Source: a bacterium (GTDB taxonomy: Bacteria > UBA10199 > 2-02-FULL-44-16 > JAAZCA01). Taken from it: a stretch of 48,771 bases of DNA. This document shows, piece after piece, positions 9,578 through 17,399 of this stretch (positions within the stretch are counted from its first letter, which is position 1; each line of letters starts with the position of its first letter). The translations under genes and the position numbers were made by a program. The DNA is taken from contig JBBAAC010000002.1 of NCBI GenBank assembly GCA_041658465.1, positions 1 to 48,771 of the forward strand, read 5' to 3'. Under the pieces are notes generated by a model, which saw only the letters and a program-made list of their open reading frames with translations, was not told the origin of the DNA and made no database searches.

Positions 9578-9673
9578 ATGCGCTGCGAGGCCTGCATCCA
9601 GTAGAGGACATAGCGGCCGGATACGACCTGCTTGTCATTGAGTACCTTTAGCCGCTCGGGCTGGATCATGACC

Positions 9674-10306
9674 TCAGAACCCCAGAGCCATCTTGCGCGC
9701 ACGTTCGATCGCGACTTCCTCTCGCGCGTGCGCCACGACAGGGCCGTGATCGAGCGTGGGTTCCACGGCCACGGAGCGGATATCGGTGAACCCGATGAAC
9801 TCCAGTACCGTCTCGAAGTACCGCCGCTGATAATCGAACTCCTCGCCGGGCGTTCCTGGCAGATACTCTCCGCCTCGAGCATAAGCGATGAAGACCGACT
9901 TGTCTCTCACGAGTCCCTCGTAGCCCTCTTCAGGAGAGTATTTGAACGTGAGACCCGGCTGAACTATCACGTCGATATAATGTTTGAGCTGATACGGTAT
10001 GCTGAAGTTCCACATGGGAACCGCTATGGCGTACTTGTTAGCTGACTTGAAATCAGCGATGACCTCCACTATCCTCTTCCACGCATCCCGCTCTTGCTCA
10101 GTCTGCGGGGCATGATGCAGGACCTTGTATTTCGCCTCGACGGCAAACCCATCGATGCTTGGGATATCGGCCGTGAAGAGATCCAGGATAACTATCTCAT
10201 CGTCGGGATGTGAATCGCGGTATGCCGCGACGAAGGCGTCTGCAACGGCCAGCGAATGAGAACGCCTCGCGCGGGGCGATGCCTTGATATAGAGCAGCTG
10301 AGCCAT
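9674..10306 (-). CDS. azoR: FMN-dependent NADH-azoreductase (flavodoxin-like fold)
   Basis: N-terminus LLYIKASPR..SHS, a PMWNFSIP motif, length 210 aa. GGGGGAGG SD upstream of the ATG. Confidence 0.85.
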   Translation of the reverse strand: MAQLLYIKASPRARRSHSLAVADAFVAAYRDSHPDDEIVILDLFTADIPSIDGFAVEAKYKVLHHAPQTEQERDAWKRIVEVIADFKSANKYAIAVPMWNFSIPYQLKHYIDVIVQPGLTFKYSPEEGYEGLVRDKSVFIAYARGGEYLPGTPGEEFDYQRRYFETVLEFIGFTDIRSVAVEPTLDHGPVVAHAREEVAIERARKMALGF

Positions 10307-10334
10307 ATGCCTCCCCCGAATTCTTCAGAATTCT

Positions 10335-11054
10335 TCAGATCTCTTCGCCCTCCAGCTTTGCCAGCGCCTGAGAGGCGGCCGCCTGCTCGGCCGCTTTTTT
10401 ATTCGCGCCCGTGCCTATGCCCCAGCAATCGTCGTTTATGTAGAGATGCACCTCGAACGTCTTGGCATGATCGGGACCGCTCGTCTTCTGCAGCCTGTAG
10501 CGGGGAACGGCGCGGAAGCGCGCCTGCGAGACCTCCTGCAGCTTGGTCTTGAAGTCCCGCACAAACCCCACGCCGCCGGCGCGATCGAGTACCTCCTCGT
10601 AGATGTTCTCGATAACGCCGAAGGCCTTGCCGAATCCGCGGTCCAGATATACCGCGCCGAAGACCGCCTCCATGGCATCCGACAGGAGCGACGGTTTGTC
10701 CCTGCCGCCGGTCTGGTCCTCGCCCTTGCCGAGGTAGAGGAAATCGCCGAGATTGACCTGCCGGGCGATATCCGCGAGCTGGCCCTCGTTCACTATCGCG
10801 GCGCGCAGCTTCGAAAGCTCGCCCTCGGGAAAATCCGGAAATCGCTCCATGAGCAGATGGCTCACCGAAAGCTCCAGCACCGCGTCGCCCAGGTATTCGT
10901 AACGTTCGTTGTGCTCCGTGGCGGCGAGCTTCTGCTCGTTGGCAAAGGATTTGTGCGTGAGGGCGCGCTTGAGATAATCGCGGTGCTTGAAGCGATAACC
11001 GAGCAGCTTCTCGAACGTCTTGATCTGTCCCTTTTCTTCAGAAGTCATGCCCAT
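10335..11054 (-). CDS. rnc: Ribonuclease III
   Basis: Signature ERYEYLGDAVLEL plus a C-terminal dsRNA-binding domain. An alternative start at 11048 would give an ATGA overlap with the mtaB stop. Confidence 0.95.
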   Translation of the reverse strand: MGMTSEEKGQIKTFEKLLGYRFKHRDYLKRALTHKSFANEQKLAATEHNERYEYLGDAVLELSVSHLLMERFPDFPEGELSKLRAAIVNEGQLADIARQVNLGDFLYLGKGEDQTGGRDKPSLLSDAMEAVFGAVYLDRGFGKAFGVIENIYEEVLDRAGGVGFVRDFKTKLQEVSQARFRAVPRYRLQKTSGPDHAKTFEVHLYINDDCWGIGTGANKKAAEQAAASQALAKLEGEEI

Positions 11055-12334
11055 CTCCCCTTTACCTCGAGATCGACCGCAGCAGTTACGATCGCCCGCG
11101 CCATCTGCGCATAGGCGCAGCTTCCGGGCTCGAGTCTTATCTTCACCGCATTGTCCGCGACAGCGGTGACAAAGCCGTCGGCATCGGGCGCGCGGGACGT
11201 GAGAATGACATCAAACGCCTCGTTGATCAAGCTTTTGAGAAATATTCTGCGCGCATCCGTCGCCAGCCCCCTGAGTTCCGAAGCGCGGCGTTTTTTTACA
11301 TGCGGGCTCACCTGGCCGGGCATGGCAGCGGCCCTGGTGCCGGAGCGCGCGGAAAACGGAAATACATGCAAGCCCGCGATCGGAATCGACCTGATGAGTT
11401 TCACGGTCCGGTCGTGCTCCTCTTCCGCCTCACCGGGAAAACCCGCGATGATGTCTCCAGTTATGGCGATTCCCGACACGCGCGCGTGGAGCGCCCTTGT
11501 CACTCGCGCTATGTCGCGCGCGCGATAACCGCGCGACATGCGCGCAAGCGTCGCGTCGGAGCCGCTCTGGATGGAGAGGTGGACGTGCCTGCAGAGCACG
11601 GGGCTATTGGCTATGAGGTCGATGAGCGTGTCGTCTACCTGATTGGGATCGAGCGAGCTTATTCGCAACCTGGCCATGCCCTCGCAGCCGGCCAGCCGCG
11701 AAACTAGATCGGAGAGCGAGGGCCTTGCAGGAAGATCCCTGCCATACTGCCCCACGTCTATGCCCGCGAGCAGGATCTCGCGATGTCCCTGCGAGAGGCG
11801 TCGGCACGCGGCCAGGACATCCTCCAAAGGCAAGCTGCGGGAACGGCCCCTGGCCTGGGGGATGATGCAGTACGCGCACCGCCTGTTGCACCCGTCCTGG
11901 ATCTTCAAGAATGCGCGCGCCCTGGACTGTGCGCCCAGTGGGAGCGGCCCCAGCGGGCCAGCCAGCTCACCGGAATGACTGGCGTCTCCCCCCAGCTTTT
12001 CGCACAAGAATTCGATGAGCCCCGCGCGGTCGCTCGAGCCGAATACCGCATCGACCCCGCGTATGCGCGAGACCTCGGCGCGATCCACTTCAACGTAGCA
12101 TCCGGCGGCCACGACGAGGGCGCCGGCAGAGCGGGAGCGCGCGCGCCTTAGCATCTGCCTGGACTGCGCGTTGGCGATAGCGGTCACGGTACAGGTGTTC
12201 ACGACATATGCATCGGCTTCCGAATCAAAGGGGACGATCTCAAACCCCGCACTCGCGAGCGCTTGCGATATCGCCTCTGTGTCGGCCCAGTTCGCCTTGC
12301 AGCCTAGGGTTGTGAAAGCCACTTTTTTTGCCAC
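11045..12334 (-). CDS. mtaB: Radical-SAM methylthiotransferase, MtaB-like
   Basis: N-terminal TTLGCKANWADTE and radical-SAM CNRRCAYC. GTG start at 12332-12334 with GGGGAG 5 nt upstream. Confidence 0.75.
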   Translation of the reverse strand: MAKKVAFTTLGCKANWADTEAISQALASAGFEIVPFDSEADAYVVNTCTVTAIANAQSRQMLRRARSRSAGALVVAAGCYVEVDRAEVSRIRGVDAVFGSSDRAGLIEFLCEKLGGDASHSGELAGPLGPLPLGAQSRARAFLKIQDGCNRRCAYCIIPQARGRSRSLPLEDVLAACRRLSQGHREILLAGIDVGQYGRDLPARPSLSDLVSRLAGCEGMARLRISSLDPNQVDDTLIDLIANSPVLCRHVHLSIQSGSDATLARMSRGYRARDIARVTRALHARVSGIAITGDIIAGFPGEAEEEHDRTVKLIRSIPIAGLHVFPFSARSGTRAAAMPGQVSPHVKKRRASELRGLATDARRIFLKSLINEAFDVILTSRAPDADGFVTAVADNAVKIRLEPGSCAYAQMARAIVTAAVDLEVKGRWA

Positions 12335-12355
12335 TTTAACTCCCCTGAAAATTCT

Positions 12356-12496
12356 AAATCCGAAATCCTAAATTCTAAACAAATCCCAAATTCCAAATTC
12401 AAAATTTCAAACTCCTTTATCTTCGTATTTTGTTTAGAACATTGGAATTTCGTATTTTGAATTTGTTTAGGATTTAGAGTTTAGGATTTCGGATTT
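12356..12496. repeat. Heptamer-word hairpin (TAAATCC family) in the mnmA-mtaB spacer
   Basis: Arms 12356-12379 and 12473-12496 are 23/24 complementary. An inner 11-bp perfect stem lies at 12395-12405 / 12454-12464. The sequence is period-7 throughout (CTAAATC CGAAATC CTAAATT CTAAACA AATCCCA AATTCCA ...). The right arm overlaps the last codons of mnmA. Confidence 0.8.
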
Positions 12497-13564
12497 TTCG
12501 ATCCAGCCTCCACCCAAGATCTCGTCTCCGCGATAGAATACGGCTGCCTGGCCTGGGGCGATCGCGCGCACTGGCTCTTCGAATTTGACGCGCACCCTGC
12601 CCTGGCCCTTGATCTCGATCTTCGCCGGGACGCCCGCGTGCGTGGAGCGGATCTTTACGATCGCATCGCGCTCGCCGGCATTTGAGGGATCCGTCCAGGA
12701 AACGCCTGAGGCCGTGAGCTCATCGCGCATCAAATCAGCGTCTTCGCCGAGCACCACCCGATTCCGCTCGCGCTCTATCGCCACAACGTACATGCGCCGC
12801 CCCCGCGCGAGCCCAAGGCCGCGGCGCTGGCCGATCGTGTAAGCGTGAGTTCCGCGATGGCGCCCCACGACGCTGCCGTCCGTGCCTACGAACTCGCCCG
12901 GGCCTGAGATACGCCCGCCCGCGCGCTCCTCGATAAAGCCCGCGCAGTCGTCGTCCGGCACAAAGCAGATCTCCTGGCTCTCCGCCTTTTCGCGCGTATA
13001 GAGGGAGAGCTGCGCGGCATACTCGCGCACCTCCTGCTTTCGCATGCCGCCGAGCGGGAATATCAAGCGCGACAGTTCGCGCTGGGTAAGGGAAAAGAGG
13101 AAATATGACTGATCCTTGGCAGCATCCAGGCCGCGCAGGAGGCGGTATATCTCGCCGTGCTTTACGACCCGCGCGTAGTGGCCGGTCGCGATGTAATGTA
13201 TCCCCTGCCGGTCCGCTTCCTGGCAGAGCGTTGGAAATTTTACGAGCTCGTTGCATCGGATGCAGGGCGAGGGCGTGCGGCCGGCCAGGTACTCATCCAC
13301 GAACGGATCGATCACCAGCTCGCGGAAGCGCGCGCGACAATCGAGCACGCTGTAGGCGCACTTGAGCTGGCTGCAGACCTCGCGCGCATCAGAGCGATCC
13401 TGCGCGGAGCAGCAGCTCCTCTCCTTGGCCCTGTGACAGGTCACGAGGTTCAAGGAGAGACCCGCCACCTCGTAGCCCTGATCGCGGAGCAGAGCTGCAG
13501 AGGCCGAGGAGTCCACCCCGCCGCTCATGCCCACGAGCACCTTTGCCGAGTTCTGTGCCTGCAT
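12467..13564 (-). CDS. mnmA: tRNA 2-thiouridine(34) synthase
   Basis: PP-loop VGMSGGVDSS, conserved Cys residues, length 365 aa. Confidence 0.95.
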   Translation of the reverse strand: MQAQNSAKVLVGMSGGVDSSASAALLRDQGYEVAGLSLNLVTCHRAKERSCCSAQDRSDAREVCSQLKCAYSVLDCRARFRELVIDPFVDEYLAGRTPSPCIRCNELVKFPTLCQEADRQGIHYIATGHYARVVKHGEIYRLLRGLDAAKDQSYFLFSLTQRELSRLIFPLGGMRKQEVREYAAQLSLYTREKAESQEICFVPDDDCAGFIEERAGGRISGPGEFVGTDGSVVGRHRGTHAYTIGQRRGLGLARGRRMYVVAIERERNRVVLGEDADLMRDELTASGVSWTDPSNAGERDAIVKIRSTHAGVPAKIEIKGQGRVRVKFEEPVRAIAPGQAAVFYRGDEILGGGWIEKSEILNSKS

Positions 13565-13579
13565 ATTGATCTCTTATGC

Positions 13580-13791
13580 GTTACTATTCAGGAAGGGGAG
13601 TCACCTTGTGCGACAATCAGGCGCGGTTTTGAGCGGAGCGTATGACGAAGTGAATTCCAGAGCACATTCACCCATTTGGGGCCTGACCAGCGAGAAGACA
13701 CCAAATGGGATGAATGTGCCCTGGAATTCACAAGGAATAGCGTAGCGAATGGCGCCGTCGCACAAGGTGACTCCCCTTCCTGAATAGTTAC
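13580..13791. repeat. 212-bp nested palindrome (long hairpin element)
   Basis: Arms 13580-13614 and 13757-13791 are complementary at 34/35, with 31 consecutive pairs at 13584-13614 / 13757-13787. The inner arms GTGAATTCCAGAGCACATTCACCCATTTGG / CCAAATGGGATGAATGTGCCCTGGAATTCAC are near-perfect. The element fills the cysE-mnmA spacer. Confidence 0.85.
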
Positions 13792-13793
13792 AC

Positions 13794-14465
13794 TTACGCT
13801 TCCTTTTTTTCGATGTACTCGATCCTGCGCTCCAGCTCGTCGATGCGATTGCGCATCCCGTCCATGGCCTCGCCGAATGGATCAGGCAGCGTCCCGTGCT
13901 GCAGGTCATAATGATGCTCCCCGCCCTCGCAGACTATCGGCTCGCGGCGGTGTACTACCTTGCCGGGTATGCCCACCACGGTCGAAAGGGGCGGCACGTC
14001 ATGGATGACCACGGATGAAGAGCCGATCCTGCTGTCGTGCCCGATATCAACAGGCCCAAGGACCGAGGCACCTGCGCCTATCACGACGCGGTCGCCGATG
14101 GTGGGATGTCGCTTGCCCTTGGTCCAGCTCGTGCCTCCGAGCGTTACCCCCTGGTAGAGGGTCACGTCGTCGCCGATCTCCGTGGTCTCGCCCACGACCA
14201 CGCCCATGCCATGATCGATAAAGAAGCGCTTGCCGATGCGTGCACCGGGATGGATCTCTATGCCCGTAATCCAGCGCGAAAAATGCGATATTATCCTCGC
14301 CAAAAGTTTAAAGTGATGCCTCCATAACACATGCGCAATTCTATGTAATATAAGGGCATGTAGCCCGGGATAGCAAAAGACGATCTCGAGCCGGGAGCGT
14401 GCAGCTGGATCGCGCTCAAAGATCATCTTAAAGTCGTCCCGAATCGTTTTCATGAGATTTATCAT
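13794..14465 (-). CDS. cysE: Serine O-acetyltransferase
   Basis: SATase N-terminal helix region ([17 protein letters not shown]) and left-handed beta-helix hexapeptide repeats. An extra ~45-aa C-terminal tail ends in a short coiled coil. Confidence 0.9.
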   Translation of the reverse strand: MINLMKTIRDDFKMIFERDPAARSRLEIVFCYPGLHALILHRIAHVLWRHHFKLLARIISHFSRWITGIEIHPGARIGKRFFIDHGMGVVVGETTEIGDDVTLYQGVTLGGTSWTKGKRHPTIGDRVVIGAGASVLGPVDIGHDSRIGSSSVVIHDVPPLSTVVGIPGKVVHRREPIVCEGGEHHYDLQHGTLPDPFGEAMDGMRNRIDELERRIEYIEKKEA

Positions 14466-16144
14466 ATGATCTTCTCGAATTCCGTCAGTTGGTAGTATCC
14501 GTTGGTTTCCCTGGCAAGATACCTTTTCGCGAAATTTTCATCGGTCTTGATGACTATCCGCTCGCCGCTGACCCGATAATATTCATTAACCTGCTCGACC
14601 ATAAATTTCAACAAGTTATAACACGCTTCGGGCGTCATGTTTGAAGGAATGGGATAACGACCACCAGCCGATTCAAATGCCTCGTAAATTGGGTGGCTCG
14701 TCGTAGGTATCTTTAATCCCTTCGCTGCCCTGTATTTTCCATAATAAAATCCGCCCCTGAAGTCCTGGCCGCCCCTGTATTCTCGATATAGCGGGATCCT
14801 TGAAATCGCGGCGTCGGGTATGAACCGCATGATGTTAAATGACAGGTACTGCGGCCGAAGCCCCCATATCGATTCTGAGATGCTCCTCTTGTCGTCGTCG
14901 ATCGAGGCAGCCAGTATGCGTCCGCCTTCCACCCTCTTGGGTGCCCCGAAGATCAAGAAGACAGCGCTCGGCAATCCCTTCGCCTTCATGATCAGGAAGA
15001 CTTCTTTTGCCCTGCGCACATAATCCACGCCGTTTTCCACCGGCGGATAATGCGGGTTGCGCCCTCCCGAAAGCTTATTCATCCCCTCGATGACCTCCGG
15101 TACCAGCGACTCGACGCCGGCAAAATTATAGACGCAGCCGTTCTCGGCAGCGGCGTCTATTATTCCTTCATCGAGGGCGTCTATCCTTGTATTGAAGCCC
15201 CATACGGTTCCAAACCGTTGATGCAGTCTTCCCATTATCTTCATCAGGCGCAACGTCCTCGGCCTGTCTTGCGTAAAGATCGAATCGTCAAAATAAATCC
15301 CTTCGTACCCGCTTTTCACAAGGGCCTCGACCTCCCTCACCACGCTCTCGATGCCCCTCTCCTCGCTGGGCTCGGGCCTTAGGCTCTCAAAACAGAAGCT
15401 GCAGAAATGCCCGCATCCCTGCTGCGTATATACCTGGGCGGTCTTCCTGGGCCGGCCATCGACCGCATCATAAAATACATCGAAGTCGTACTTCGGGTGA
15501 TGCGATTTCCTCTCCAGATTATTGAAATAGAAATCTATAGGATATTCGGGTTTGCGATGCGCGGGATTGCAGACCAGCCGACCGCTCGCTTGATCAAAGC
15601 TCACGATGCCCGGAAGTTTTTTTCTCGCTTCGAAGTCCGCAGCGCGTCCCTCTGCAATCAGCCGGGCGATATGGACAATGGAATCCAGCGGCTGATGAAA
15701 GGACTGCCCTGCGACAAAAAAATCCACGTCCGGATAGAGGTCAGCGTATTCGTCCGCATCCGTGACGCCGCGACCGCCGCATATTATCGGAGTGTATTCT
15801 TTGGCCTGCGGGCCAAACCCTTTCCTGCATCCGATGCGATCGAGTTCGTCCGCGCAGAAGGAGACGATCGCCATTGCCTCATCGGCCTGAAAGCTCAGAT
15901 AAGAAAGGCCTACAAAGGCGTAGCGCGCCCCCCTCAACTTATCTCTTAACCTTTGTTCCCGCTGAGTCGGCTGGACGACATCGAGATCGAGTATCTCCCA
16001 ATCGTCGATGAGATGCCCTGCCTCCGTGCACGTCCGCCTCAAATGAGAACCGACGTAATCCGGCCCCATCGTTCGACCCGGATAAGTTCTGGCTGGAAAT
16101 GGAGGAATTACAAAGAGGGCAGTCGATCTTGCATTCTCTGACAT
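14462..16144 (-). CDS. B12-binding-domain radical SAM protein
   Basis: CxxxCxxC motif (CGHFCSFC) preceded by a cobalamin-binding-like N-terminal domain. Start moved to ATG 16142-16144 (MSENARS) because the listed N-terminal 66 aa run through tRNA-Pro. The stop overlaps the cysE ATG (ATGA). Confidence 0.8.
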   Translation of the reverse strand: MSENARSTALFVIPPFPARTYPGRTMGPDYVGSHLRRTCTEAGHLIDDWEILDLDVVQPTQREQRLRDKLRGARYAFVGLSYLSFQADEAMAIVSFCADELDRIGCRKGFGPQAKEYTPIICGGRGVTDADEYADLYPDVDFFVAGQSFHQPLDSIVHIARLIAEGRAADFEARKKLPGIVSFDQASGRLVCNPAHRKPEYPIDFYFNNLERKSHHPKYDFDVFYDAVDGRPRKTAQVYTQQGCGHFCSFCFESLRPEPSEERGIESVVREVEALVKSGYEGIYFDDSIFTQDRPRTLRLMKIMGRLHQRFGTVWGFNTRIDALDEGIIDAAAENGCVYNFAGVESLVPEVIEGMNKLSGGRNPHYPPVENGVDYVRRAKEVFLIMKAKGLPSAVFLIFGAPKRVEGGRILAASIDDDKRSISESIWGLRPQYLSFNIMRFIPDAAISRIPLYREYRGGQDFRGGFYYGKYRAAKGLKIPTTSHPIYEAFESAGGRYPIPSNMTPEACYNLLKFMVEQVNEYYRVSGERIVIKTDENFAKRYLARETNGYYQLTEFEKII

Positions 16145-16184
16145 CGTCTCGCACCTATCGGAACCGGCGAATGCTGATTTCAGG

Positions 16185-16340
16185 GAGGAATGATGAAATC
16201 GACGACTTGTGATTCGATGCACAGTCGGGGCGGCCGGATTTGAACCGGCGACCTCTTGCACCCCAAGCAAGCACTCTAGTCCAAGCTGAGCTACGCCCCG
16301 ACTCTGCAAAGAACCCGTATCGCCGATTTCATCATTCCTC
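16185..16340. repeat. Perfect 17-bp inverted repeat bracketing tRNA-Pro
   Basis: GAGGAATGATGAAATCG (16185-16201) is the exact reverse complement of CGATTTCATCATTCCTC (16324-16340). The tRNA (16225-16300) sits 23 nt from each arm. Confidence 0.85.
16225..16300 (-). tRNA. tRNA-Pro (anticodon GGG)
   Basis: Hand-folded cloverleaf: CGGGGCG TA GCTC AGCTTGGACTA GAGT G CTTGC TTGGGGT GCAAG AGGTC GCCGG TTCAAAT CCGGC CGCCCCG A. It is 76 nt, has G37, and no encoded CCA. Confidence 0.9.
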
Positions 16341-16346
16341 AAGCCC

Positions 16347-16459
16347 GCTGCACCCCAAGTCCGCCACTACAACTTCGGCGGATCCTCGACGCGACTGACA
16401 ACTTTTTCGTTAAAAAAGTTGTGTCGCGTCGGGACAAGCACCCTAGTCCAGGCTGGCTA
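16347..16459 (-). pseudogene. Partial tRNA-Pro-like copy (5' half) interrupted by a 75-nt double hairpin
   Basis: 16435-16459 aligns to tRNA positions 16268-16293 (23 matches over 26 columns). 16347-16359 aligns to 16255-16267 (11/13). The two blocks are contiguous in the real tRNA but are split here by 16360-16434, which holds hairpins 16360-16382 and 16387-16431 (19 bp). There is no T-arm or 3' acceptor strand. Confidence 0.45.
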
Positions 16460-16948
16460 TGGCTTCATCATGTGAAGCAACTCCTCGAGGTCACGGCGGA
16501 TCTTGAGCAGCGCCTTCGTGTTGTCGCGCCCTGGCGCCTGACTCCTGGGCCGGAGGGCATCATCCTCGTTCTTATGAGCCTGGTCATCGCCATGTTCCGC
16601 GGATACCCCAAAGACTTCCAGCTGCTCAGGCCCATCCCCGACCTCTTCCGCCTCTTCGTAATCGCCCGTCTCCGGTACCGCATCCGGCTCGCGCGCTTCG
16701 GTGCGGCTGAAGTCCTTGAGCCGCTTTCGCGCGCCATTGATCGTGAACCGCTCCTCGTAGAGGAGCTCCTTTATCTTGAGCAAAAGCTCCACGTCGCGCC
16801 GCTTGTAGAGCCGCTGCCCTGATTTTGATTTTGAGGGCTTGATGTCCGTAAACTCCGATTCCCAATAGCGGAGCACGTAGGGTTTGACCCCTACAAGATC
16901 GCTCACCTCGCCGATGCGGAAGTAGAGCTTATTTGGAATCGCAGGCAT
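16457..16948 (-). CDS. MerR-family transcriptional regulator
   Basis: HTH region [25 protein letters not shown]. Start set at ATG 16946-16948 (MPAIPNK) with GGGAAGGG upstream. The listed 16978 start is a GTG with no SD. Confidence 0.85.
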   Translation of the reverse strand: MPAIPNKLYFRIGEVSDLVGVKPYVLRYWESEFTDIKPSKSKSGQRLYKRRDVELLLKIKELLYEERFTINGARKRLKDFSRTEAREPDAVPETGDYEEAEEVGDGPEQLEVFGVSAEHGDDQAHKNEDDALRPRSQAPGRDNTKALLKIRRDLEELLHMMKP

Positions 16949-17036
16949 CTCGACCCTTCCCGCCCTTGTCCTATCCACGTGCAGCCTCCAAGGCAGAATG
17001 GAGCATCCGATAAACAGCCTACATAATCAACTGCAT

Positions 17037-17327
17037 CTATTCGTTGACCTCATCCTTGTTCAATGCGGCCTTGAGCACTTGGCTCGGCCTGAACGTGAGG
17101 ACCCGGCGCGCGGTGATCTCTATCTCCTGGCCGGTCTGCGGGTTGCGGCCGATGCGGGGCCGCTTCTGCCGGACCACGAAATTGCCAAAGCCGGAGATTT
17201 TGATCTTCTCGCCGCGCTCGAGCGTCTCCTTCATAGTATCGAACACGAGCTCGACGATCTCTGCCGACTCCTTCTTGGAGAATCCAACCTTTTCATAGAT
17301 CTGCTCGATGATCTCGGCCTTCGTCAT
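17037..17327 (-). CDS. ihfA: Integration host factor alpha subunit (HU/IHF family)
   Basis: GFGNFVVRQKRPRIGRNPQTGQEIEITARRVLTFRPSQ. Start at ATG 17325-17327 (MTKAEII) with GGGAGGA upstream. Confidence 0.9.
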   Translation of the reverse strand: MTKAEIIEQIYEKVGFSKKESAEIVELVFDTMKETLERGEKIKISGFGNFVVRQKRPRIGRNPQTGQEIEITARRVLTFRPSQVLKAALNKDEVNE

Positions 17328-17399
17328 CCCGTCCTCCCTTCCCCGCAAGCGCCCCCTCCCCGATGAGGAGGTTCGGCCGGCGGCCTGGATTGAGTTCGT

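Noticed and set aside
10318-10337. The tandem 10-nt repeat GAATTCTTCA x2 at the rnc stop
   Set aside because: It has two copies only, overlaps the stop codon, and has no structure or recurrence. It is probably a trivial slippage duplication.
14462-16342. The 626-aa version of the radical-SAM ORF
   Set aside because: Its first 66 codons translate straight through tRNA-Pro (GVAQLGLE..AGSNPAAPT is the tRNA read as protein). The true start is ATG 16144.
16347-16459. An intron-containing or split functional tRNA
   Set aside because: There is no T-arm or 3' acceptor strand. Bacterial tRNA introns are group I and much longer than 75 nt.
16145-16460. A tRNA-Pro integration hotspot or genomic-island attachment site
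   Set aside because: No integrase, excisionase or foreign gene block flanks it. The duplicated segment is the 5' half of the tRNA, not the 3' part usually duplicated by integrases.
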